From: an uncultured virus (IMG/VR IMGVR_UViG_3300025070_000023)
Taxonomy: Duplodnaviria; Heunggongvirae; Uroviricota; Caudoviricetes
Virus record (IMG/VR): IMGVR_UViG_3300025070_000023
Length of the DNA stretch: 27,196 nucleotides
Strand: one strand, 5' to 3'
Shown in pieces: positions 1-6,245 of this stretch. Under the pieces are notes generated by a model that was not told where the DNA came from, searched no databases, and saw only the letters and a program-made list of their open reading frames with translations. Numbering within the stretch: the first letter of the stretch is position 1; each line of letters begins with the position of its first letter. Position numbers and translations under genes: made by a program.

Positions 1-476
1 TTGACCGGAGGTGGAGTCATCAGTGGGATATCTCCATCCATTTCGCCATTCCAACGACCTTCCTTATATCCAGTCACTAGATTTTTGTATGCTTTTGCCG
101 CATACTCTTTGGCAATAGCGTCCATGTCTTTGTATGCGCCACCAGTTCGTCCGTGTGGTAGTATTGTAGCCAAAATGATTTGTGGGTTAGTAAGTGAAAC
201 AAAGGCAGTATAAACCGCATTCATTACAGATGTAGCATTTGATTCCATTTCGTCGGGTAATGCAGACTCTCGACCTCTTCTCGCTTTTGGGAAATCGTCA
301 AAAACGCTCCCAATAGACCGAATAGCCGTCCAGTATGTAGACCTAACTTCATCGCTTTTACAATTGTTTCCAAGGGTAATTGATAATTCAATCGCTTGAC
401 CCTCATCGCCTCTATCTTCTAGGTTTAGCCAGTTTGCGACTTCACCAATATTCTTATTCCAGTTTTCTATCTTCAT
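1..476 (-). CDS. Unknown-function protein, paralog 1 of a 3-member family (3' end runs off the window; absent from the ORF track)
   Basis: Manual translation from ATG at 476 (GAGGTGA RBS just upstream): MKIENWNKNIGEVANWL...RSTYWTAIRSIGS...ARRGRES...PHGRTGGAY...KEGRWNG...; open to position 1; these blocks recur in 2302..2817. Confidence 0.9.
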   Translation of the reverse strand, partial: MKIENWNKNIGEVANWLNLEDRGDEGQAIELSITLGNNCKSDEVRSTYWTAIRSIGSVFDDFPKARRGRESALPDEMESNATSVMNAVYTAFVSLTNPQIILATILPHGRTGGAYKDMDAIAKEYAAKAYKNLVTGYKEGRWNGEMDGDIPLMTPPPV

Positions 477-571
477 AATATTTCACCTCAAAAAATTGTG
501 ATTTTCCAAAATTACTCACACAAGCAATAGAACAGATGTGGTTCCGGATAAGGTTGTTATCAAGACGAGGG

Positions 572-606
572 CAAAGCCATAACAACCATATGGTTGTGTA
601 ACTTTG
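572..606. repeat. Palindromic element copy 1 (CAAAG-N9-CCATATGG-N8-CTTTG)
   Basis: CAAAG 572-576, CCATATGG 586-593, CTTTG 602-606. Confidence 0.9.
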
Positions 607-616
607 TGTTGCAGAC

Positions 617-628
617 GACCCGAAGGCC
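617..628 (-). terminator. C(UUCG)G tetraloop hairpin downstream of 642..782
   Basis: Minus strand GGCC-TTCG-GGTC; its role (terminator or 3' stabiliser) is inferred. Confidence 0.45.
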
Positions 629-641
629 GAATTTGTGGATA

Positions 642-782
642 TTATATCCAACCTCTTAAAGAGGCTTTAAACTCATAATAAGCATCCCAAGATATGTAAC
701 ACTTACAAGTTGGACACTCAAAACTTTCATTCAATCCATTAGATACCATAGGCTCATCACAATCATCACACCATGCCGACAT
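642..782 (-). CDS. Small Zn-ribbon protein, 46 aa (not in ORF track)
   Basis: MSAWCDDCDEPMVSNGLNESFECPTCKCYISWDAYYEFKASLRGWI; two CxxC motifs; CCTTATA element about 21-27 nt upstream of ATG. Confidence 0.75.
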   Translation of the reverse strand: MSAWCDDCDEPMVSNGLNESFECPTCKCYISWDAYYEFKASLRGWI

Positions 783-824
783 GGTAATACTCTAATAGAA
801 AGTATAAGGTTGCTTAATGCGAAA

Positions 825-859
825 CAAAGTTTCAAGCAACCATATGGTTGTAGACTTTG
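825..859. repeat. Palindromic element copy 2
   Basis: CAAAG 825-829, CCATATGG 840-847, CTTTG 855-859. Confidence 0.9.
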
Positions 860-1170
860 GTAATGAAATGTAAACCCTATCCCCATGCAAAACTCCGGCT
901 ACTCGTTCAAAGCAAGTGAACACGCTGATACTTGGTAGGTTTGATGAGAGGTCACTAATTAACTAGTATTTAGATAACTTCAATCTCTTTCCATATCCTT
1001 CCGAATTACATTTTGAACTTTGACTTTCGCCTTCGTTTCACAATGGGGTTATGGCCACTAATAGCCATTGGAATAGGAGGGTTGTTCAACTAACATATAA
1101 TATCGCTATATGCTCACCCCCGCACTACCTCTAGTGAAGGTATTGGTATTCGTCGAACTACCCGTGACAA

Positions 1171-1461
1171 TTATTCTTCTTCATCTTTATTCCAAAAGAC
1201 AAATACTTCTTGTCTGTATAAATTGAAATCTACATATTCTTGAATCTCAATTTCATTAGTGTTAAAATTCATGGTTTTAATTTCGTCTTCTTCCCAAGCC
1301 ATGCTATCCCAAAACAGAACCATATTGGATGCTGTATCGAATCCTATGGTCATTTTTTTAGCAATAGTTCCATCGGAATAAACAGTGGTTCCAAAACGGG
1401 TTTCTGAATTTACTACTCCTTGTTCATTGGTTGTTGGTAATTTATCATCCATATCAATCAC
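1171..1461 (-). CDS. Hypothetical acidic protein (start may be ATG 1452)
   Basis: ORF abutting the upstream minus-strand gene; acidic C-terminus like neighbouring genes. Confidence 0.7.
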   Translation of the reverse strand: MIDMDDKLPTTNEQGVVNSETRFGTTVYSDGTIAKKMTIGFDTASNMVLFWDSMAWEEDEIKTMNFNTNEIEIQEYVDFNLYRQEVFVFWNKDEEE

Positions 1462-1673
1462 AACTCATTATTTTGAATAATAGTAGTAACTACCCTTTCA
1501 CCGTCTAAAACTTTGTTCAATGCGCTAAGGCTAATTCTTAATGCAACATATGTTTGACCATCCGAGGTTGTGTATTTTCTACACTCTTCAAACGCATCAA
1601 CATTAACTGATACTTTGATTTCACTACCTGCATTACTTCTTCTAACATATCCAACCAATCTACTTTGATTCAT
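1458..1673 (-). CDS. Small beta-rich hypothetical protein (MNQSRLVGYVRRSNAG...), possibly of host origin
   Basis: ATG at 1673 lies 37 nt from palindrome copy 3; the LVGYVRxSNxG pattern recalls small uncharacterised Thermoplasmata proteins (from memory, unverified). Confidence 0.7.
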   Translation of the reverse strand: MNQSRLVGYVRRSNAGSEIKVSVNVDAFEECRKYTTSDGQTYVALRISLSALNKVLDGERVVTTIIQNNEL

Positions 1674-1709
1674 GTCTAAATAATATGATTTAGGATTAGG
1701 GTTCGGCCT

Positions 1710-1741
1710 CAAAGATGCCTTACCATATGGGTGATACTTTG
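1710..1741. repeat. Palindromic element copy 3
   Basis: CAAAG 1710-1714, CCATATGG 1723-1730, CTTTG 1737-1741. Confidence 0.9.
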
Positions 1742-1747
1742 ATAATA

Positions 1748-1759
1748 GCCCCGAAGGGC
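1748..1759 (-). terminator. C(UUCG)G tetraloop hairpin just after the stop of 1763..2128
   Basis: Minus strand GCCC-TTCG-GGGC. Confidence 0.5.
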
Positions 1760-1762
1760 GGC

Positions 1763-2128
1763 CTATAGGCCAACTTCATGATATCCGTATAAGTCGAATA
1801 TTTCTTCCATTACATATCTGCCAGTGTCTCGGTCATAGTGTTTTAGGGCAAAATAAATTTGACCATCACAATCACTATTATGATTCATAGCGAATTCTGC
1901 TGCAATTTTCAATACCGAAGTCAGTGCTTGAGACAATCCAGTAACATAAATATAAATTGTATTATCAGGATTCCAAACCATTTCTAAAAATTCTCTAGCC
2001 TGTTTTTCTAGAGTTTCAAAATCATTTGGATTTTCAATAGGTTCGTCGAATATGAATAATTCGATTTTTTGTCCTTTGTCCTCAATTTCATGTCTTCCTT
2101 TGCACAATCCTGCTCTTACTACTACCAT
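1763..2128 (-). CDS. Hypothetical alpha/beta protein with GRH, YVTGL and HYD motifs
   Basis: 121-aa ORF; ATG lies 38 nt from palindrome copy 4. Confidence 0.8.
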   Translation of the reverse strand: MVVVRAGLCKGRHEIEDKGQKIELFIFDEPIENPNDFETLEKQAREFLEMVWNPDNTIYIYVTGLSQALTSVLKIAAEFAMNHNSDCDGQIYFALKHYDRDTGRYVMEEIFDLYGYHEVGL

Positions 2129-2165
2129 GTTTAATATATTTTAATCAAAATATATGTGGTATTCT

Positions 2166-2198
2166 CAAAGATACTACCATATGGTAACGCTTACTTTG
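2166..2198. repeat. Palindromic element copy 4
   Basis: CAAAG 2166-2170, CCATATGG 2177-2184, CTTTG 2194-2198. Confidence 0.9.
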
Positions 2199-2211
2199 GG
2201 CGTTACCTCAT

Positions 2212-2266
2212 AAAAAAAACGGGGAGGGGCAGATGCTAGAGAAAACAAAATTCTAACATCTACCCC
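2212..2266 (-). terminator. 15-bp hairpin followed by an oligo-T run downstream of 2302..2817
   Basis: Arms 2226-2240 and 2252-2266; both mismatches become G-U pairs on the minus strand; T8 at 2219-2212. Confidence 0.65.
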
Positions 2267-2301
2267 ATGAATATGGCGACTCAAGGGCTAAAACTTGAGC
2301 C

Positions 2302-2817
2302 TCACTCTTCTTCTAAACCTCCGTCTGCTTTAACTGCTGTGGGGGTTATTTGTGGAACACCGTTCTTATTAGCGGTAACTCCATCCCATCTACCTTCCTT
2401 GATGGATTTCATCATATAGGAATTAGCGGCTTTTTTGTAGTTATTTGTTAGAGAATCATAGTCGGAGTATGTTCCGCCAGTTCTTCCGTGTGGCACAATT
2501 ACAGTTAGTAAAGTTTCGTGGTATTCAGTAGGGATTGCCGCAAAAGCATTCGCGACAGCCATGTTCACATTGTCCACAACCATTTGCTGTTCTTCTGTTA
2601 GATTGCTCTCTCGGCCACGACGGGCGGTTGGAAAACCATCTTTTGTAGAACCAATTGAACGGATAGCCGTCCAATATGTGCTTCTTAATTCATCGCTACT
2701 AGCGTTATCCCCAAGTGTAAGGGATAGCATAATTGCTTGTACCTCATCACATGGGTCTTGGGATTCAGCCCAAGTCCTGACCTTATTTGTATTCATTATC
2801 CAATTTGCTTGCTTCAT
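2302..2817 (-). CDS. Unknown-function protein, paralog 2 (MKQANW...; alternative start 2868)
   Basis: GGTGA RBS upstream of ATG 2817; N-terminus aligns with paralog 1; shares RSTYWTAIRSIGS, ARRGRES, PHGRTGG and KEGRWxG. Confidence 0.9.
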   Translation of the reverse strand: MKQANWIMNTNKVRTWAESQDPCDEVQAIMLSLTLGDNASSDELRSTYWTAIRSIGSTKDGFPTARRGRESNLTEEQQMVVDNVNMAVANAFAAIPTEYHETLLTVIVPHGRTGGTYSDYDSLTNNYKKAANSYMMKSIKEGRWDGVTANKNGVPQITPTAVKADGGLEEE

Positions 2818-2902
2818 AATTTTCACCTTTTTAGATTGGTTTGACTCCGGTTTAGCCCTTGAAGTCATTATAATCTGCTGTATTCGGAAATAAGGTTGCG
2901 AA

Positions 2903-2937
2903 CAAAGACACGCAACCATATGGTAAGGTAGTCTTTG
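2903..2937. repeat. Palindromic element copy 5, at the point where transcription diverges
   Basis: CAAAG 2903-2907, CCATATGG 2916-2923, CTTTG 2933-2937. Confidence 0.9.
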
Positions 2938-2990
2938 ACTACAGTACCCTAATAGGAAATTAATTATATTAATCAAATGGTGAGGATAGA

Positions 2991-3137
2991 ATGACCACAT
3001 ATAAAATAATAAGATTTAGATTTGGAAGAGAAACGCAAACAATAAAAACGGGCTTAACACTAGAAGAAGCGCAAGCCCATTGTCAAGATGATGAAACAAG
3101 AGGAGATGGTTGGTTTGACGGTTACACTGAAGAATAA
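2991..3137 (+). CDS. Small phage-type hypothetical protein, 48 aa (not in ORF track)
   Basis: MTTYKIIRFRFGRETQTIKTGLTLEEAQAHCQDDETRGDGWFDGYTEE; GGTGAGG RBS at 2979-2985. Confidence 0.8.
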   Translation: MTTYKIIRFRFGRETQTIKTGLTLEEAQAHCQDDETRGDGWFDGYTEE

Positions 3138-3230
3138 ACTCATTAACATTGTATCGCTTGAATGTGCTAGAACTGACCACAGGCACAATTTGAAACATTG
3201 TAAGATTTGCATGAAAAAGAGGGAAAAGAA

Positions 3231-3476
3231 ATGACTAGAGATGACGAAATCCATTGGGAGGAGGAAATAGGAACAAAAAGGTGTGAAAACTGTATACAAC
3301 ACATTGGTAAATATGACGGATGGCAACCGCATATTAGAGTATATACCGAGAAATACAGAAACACGGCAAACCCCTTGACTGATTTTAAAGATATATGCGT
3401 TACTTGTCATGATAGACCTAGTGACATGAAACCACTAGGGAGAAAGAGAACATTATTTGATGATTTATTTGGGTAA
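3231..3476 (+). CDS. Small Zn-finger protein (CENC...CVTC)
   Basis: Two CxxC motifs; start 3231 or 3207. Confidence 0.65.
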   Translation: MTRDDEIHWEEEIGTKRCENCIQHIGKYDGWQPHIRVYTEKYRNTANPLTDFKDICVTCHDRPSDMKPLGRKRTLFDDLFG

Positions 3477-3546
3477 ATCCCACATCCTCCGCTTGTCCTA
3501 ACAAGTAAAAAAATAGGGTGGCTTTAGGGTCACTCCGTTTCATCCA

Positions 3547-3577
3547 CAAAGTTTCATGACCATATGGTTGGGCTTTG
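3547..3577. repeat. Palindromic element copy 6
   Basis: CAAAG 3547-3551, CCATATGG 3560-3567, CTTTG 3573-3577; hairpin 3516-3535 precedes it. Confidence 0.9.
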
Positions 3578-3614
3578 GCCAACCTAGTATTCATTATAAA
3601 ATAATACAAGTTGT

Positions 3615-3845
3615 ATGGCGTTTTGTAGTTGCGGTATTTGTAGAGCGAAGTTTAATGGTGATAAGGCTCATCATTATTCGGATAATGAGGGTTTAGACCA
3701 TCACCCTAAATGTAATCACATTTTGGAAAAAGAAATCCATAGAGAACAATACTATGACGAAGAATTACAAGATATAGTTATTTTGTATGAATGGTATTAT
3801 TGCACCTGTGACGAAGAATACGCTAAAGAGGAGGAAGAAGAATAG
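3615..3845 (+). CDS. Cys/His-rich small protein (probable Zn binder) with acidic tail
   Basis: CSCGIC, HHPKC and CTC motifs; ATG lies 38 nt from palindrome copy 6. Confidence 0.75.
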   Translation: MAFCSCGICRAKFNGDKAHHYSDNEGLDHHPKCNHILEKEIHREQYYDEELQDIVILYEWYYCTCDEEYAKEEEEE

Positions 3846-3864
3846 GCCGTGAGGCCACTAACCG

Positions 3865-3888
3865 CAAAGTTTCATGACCATATGGTTG
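3865..3888. repeat. Palindromic element copy 7 (right CTTTG arm missing)
   Basis: CAAAGTTTCATGACCATATGGTTG, identical to 3547-3570; preceded by GGCC-GTGA-GGCC hairpin at 3845-3856. Confidence 0.85.
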
Positions 3889-3999
3889 TAAAAGTGCAAC
3901 AAATCATTATTACAACACTATCAATCAAACATGAATAGGTACTGACTTACATAACCCACTACAAACCCTTATTCTATGAGTCCTTTCCAATTGGCCTAA

Positions 4000-4315
4000 T
4001 GAATATTAATATATTAATATAATAGAGTAGAACCTTCGAGTCGTCTCATGAGTTAGAAAAGTGAGATGAGACAACGAAGAGAAGAAACTAGAGGGTTGTG
4101 TAACACATCTATTATATTATATCATACTATCTCATTATCTCATTATCTCATAATAATAATGATGATGAGAGAGAGTGAGTGAAAAATACCCTATGAGGTA
4201 TATATTAGGATTCGATGAGACGAGATGAGACAACCCAAAAGTGCAGGTTTGGGGTAGTTTCTTTAAAGTTGTGTTACATAAGTCATTGTCTCATCATGAG
4301 ATAACTCATGAGAAT
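4000..4315. repeat. Non-coding cluster of ATGAG(A)/(T)CTCAT direct and inverted repeats; candidate replication origin
   Basis: GAGATGAGACAAC at 4063-4075 and 4222-4234; (TATCTCAT)x3 at 4128-4151; GTCTCATGAG 4043-4052; TTGTCTCATC 4286-4295; CTCATGAGA 4305-4313; A/T-only tract near 4002-4024; no long ORF. Confidence 0.7.
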
Positions 4316-4396
4316 ACCAAAGGGTCGTTTGACAGGGCGATTCTATTATGGAGATTAAATTCTAATATATTAATACTTGAGCGAAAAAGAATTAAT

Positions 4397-4413
4397 TAGA
4401 CTCCTTTAAATAT
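4397..4413 (+). promoter_or_regulatory. Archaeal-type promoter TAGACTCCTTTAAATAT (TATA box TTTAAATA)
   Basis: TATA at 4405-4412, 23-30 nt before ATG 4435 (leaderless spacing); identical 17-mer at 9506-9522. Confidence 0.75.
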
Positions 4414-4434
4414 GAAATAATTTATGGTTAATAC

Positions 4435-4905
4435 ATGATTGATGAAGTCGAATGGCAAAGTATGGTAATAGAAGTTAATGATTATTTGAAGGCAGACCCC
4501 ACATTAAATGATGGTTTGAAGCAGGTAATCCAACTTAATTTACAAATAGGGAACAATAATCCCGATGAAAGAATAGCGGCAAAGGGTGCATTGAAGGCTC
4601 TATTGAAAGGAAGAGATGGAACTCCCTTTAAGCGAGGGCAGAAATCTAGTGTTCCTGCCACAGTTAGAGTATCTATTGATAAGGCAATTTCTATTATAGA
4701 AATAGAGTCACTTAATTATTACAATTCACACCCAATAATGTCAAAGGTTCTTCGTAAGCATATTAAATCCGGTGGAGGAGATTATGCCAATGGAGAAGAA
4801 TATGCCCACATTGTAGGTAAGAGGATGAGAAATGCACTTGCTAAAAGATACAAGGATGGAGATTGGGATGGGAATTACGACTCTCTACTAACTACGACAG
4901 AATGA
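4435..4905 (+). CDS. Unknown-function protein, diverged paralog 3
   Basis: Aligns by eye with 2302..2817: N-terminal W, IxLxLxxGxN, DGxP..RG..S, GGxY, KxGxWDG. Confidence 0.85.
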   Translation: MIDEVEWQSMVIEVNDYLKADPTLNDGLKQVIQLNLQIGNNNPDERIAAKGALKALLKGRDGTPFKRGQKSSVPATVRVSIDKAISIIEIESLNYYNSHPIMSKVLRKHIKSGGGDYANGEEYAHIVGKRMRNALAKRYKDGDWDGNYDSLLTTTE

Positions 4906-4925
4906 TGGTGGTGCGTCATTCACTA

Positions 4926-5000
4926 GTGGGATATTAGGGTGTTTTCTTTTCTCTTTTTTTTAGGTACTTGCGTGTTTTCGATAATGCCCTAATATCTCAC
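4926..5000 (+). terminator. 18-bp stem with pyrimidine-rich loop in the 3' UTR of 4435..4905
   Basis: Arms 4926-4943 and 4983-5000, with three G-U pairs on the plus strand; the loop contains oligo-T. Confidence 0.6.
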
Positions 5001-5018
5001 ACCCCCTTGGTGATTAAT

Positions 5019-5534
5019 ATGAATAAAGTACCTCAAAATGAAGCACACTTACACGACTCTATCATGAAGTATATTTTTGAAAGAATAGATAAGGAGATTA
5101 ATGCTCCTTGTCATCAATGGATTGGGCCAACTAGTACCTCTCTTAAATTACCCTCACCAAGAGCAAAGAAGTTTGTTAATGGATATAGAAATAGTTTCAT
5201 GCCACATATTGTCATGTACAATTATCACAACTATCCTAATAAAAAAAGTCCGATAGATTGGAATAAGGGCAAAGGTCAAGAAATAAGAAGAAAATGTAAT
5301 AATCTAATGTGCGTAAACATTGATTGTTTAGTTTTAGGGGATAGAAGTAAAACCATTCAAGCCACAATAAATAGGGGAAAGACGGCCATCGGGAATGACT
5401 ACGGTGTTAAGTATGATGCTGATATAATTAGGGCTGACCATCAAGCAGGACTTTCCTATCGAGATATTATGAAAAAGTACAATATACCCAGTAAAGGAAC
5501 AATATCCTACATTATAAATAAAGCAAAAAGGTGA
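5019..5534 (+). CDS. HNH (His-Cys box-like) homing endonuclease-related protein with C-terminal HTH, probably degenerate
   Basis: CHQWIG and RRKCNNLMCVNIDCL resemble the phage CWxWxG and HxCDNxxCVNPxHL motifs; GLSYRDIMKKYNIPSKGTISYII is HTH-like; GGTGA before ATG 5019. Confidence 0.65.
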   Translation: MNKVPQNEAHLHDSIMKYIFERIDKEINAPCHQWIGPTSTSLKLPSPRAKKFVNGYRNSFMPHIVMYNYHNYPNKKSPIDWNKGKGQEIRRKCNNLMCVNIDCLVLGDRSKTIQATINRGKTAIGNDYGVKYDADIIRADHQAGLSYRDIMKKYNIPSKGTISYIINKAKR

Positions 5535-5538
5535 TATT

Positions 5539-5787
5539 ATGAGATTAATAGAAGAAGTATATATCAAGGCAGAAAAAGACGAAATATGCCAAAAATGCGG
5601 TGTAGATATACTGGAAGGCAGTAATTTTCTAATGGAAAGTTACATCCATAAAGGCAAATTATTATCTAACACTTATTGCTTGGCAAAGAAATGTAATCCT
5701 CCGAACAATGTTAGGTTAAGGTTGTTTTGGGGAACAATTATCGTAAGCATAAGTGCTTGGATTATTTACGGCATATACTTTAGATGA
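5539..5787 (+). CDS. Zn-finger protein with C-terminal transmembrane helix
   Basis: CQKC and CLAKKC motifs; hydrophobic LFWGTIIVSISAWIIYGIYF. Confidence 0.75.
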   Translation: MRLIEEVYIKAEKDEICQKCGVDILEGSNFLMESYIHKGKLLSNTYCLAKKCNPPNNVRLRLFWGTIIVSISAWIIYGIYFR

Positions 5788-5952
5788 TTCTCATTTAACT
5801 CTATAGATGCTCGATGACCCTGTGTCCACCCTTATATACGGATGCGGCAGGTTAGGTTGTATCAAGTGGTCGAGGTTTGCACAAACAAACATGCAAACAA
5901 CAAAGTTATGAAATAATTAATCTCTATAGAGATAAATGATACGCAATATCCA

Positions 5953-6048
5953 TGAGGGATAGCGAGCCAATGGCGACTCACAGAAGTAAATTTCGGTTAG
6001 TTCTCACCACTCTTTCATAATAATCTAACCGTGTGGCCGCATCCCTCA
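5953..6048 (+). ncRNA. Candidate structured RNA or leader in a ~300-nt intergenic region
   Basis: Nested pairings TGAGGGAT/ATCCCTCA, GCG/CGC, GCCA/TGGC, CGGTTAG/CTAACCG; strand not certain. Confidence 0.35.
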
Positions 6049-6083
6049 CCTATTCAATAAAGAGTAAAAATAAAGGTGAGAAC

Positions 6084-6245
6084 ATGACACATGAAAAATA
6101 TGAATATAATAGCAAGAGCCATATGATTATGGATTTAATGAAACATGAAGAATTGATGGAACTTCTTGGAGAGTTAATTCAACTTGACAAGACAGGACTC
6201 GTTGATGAAATAATTGATGATTTGGCATATGACTTAGAAAGGTGA
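6084..6245 (+). CDS. Hypothetical small acidic protein
   Basis: GGTGAG RBS before ATG 6084; stop overlaps the next start. Confidence 0.65.
   Translation: MTHEKYEYNSKSHMIMDLMKHEELMELLGELIQLDKTGLVDEIIDDLAYDLER

Noticed and set aside
1..651. ORF-track calls 1..213(+), 224..406(-) and 454..651(-)
   Set aside because: Shadows of the real minus-strand gene starting at 476, or spanning its promoter and palindrome
2273..2283. 11-mer ATGGCGACTCA repeated at 5970-5980
   Set aside because: Only two copies, opposite orientation relative to local transcription, no extended similarity
2818..3000. N-terminal extension of the 2302..3000 ORF
   Set aside because: Runs through palindrome copy 5; the RBS and paralog alignment favour ATG 2817 (or 2868)
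3016..3609. Minus-strand ORFs 3016..3198, 3060..3410, 3167..3364, 3418..3609 and plus-strand 2561..2893
   Set aside because: Antisense to better-supported genes, with F/L/S-rich shadow composition
572..3888. Palindromic repeats as a CRISPR array
   Set aside because: Copies are about 220-850 nt apart, separated by whole genes and variable in internal spacing; no cas genes seen
572..3888. Palindromes as integron attC sites
   Set aside because: No RYYYAAC/GTTRRRY ends, no integrase in the window, and genes point in both directions
3931..3945. ATG at the expected distance from palindrome copy 7
   Set aside because: Encodes only MNRY; at most a cassette remnant or a non-coding transcript start
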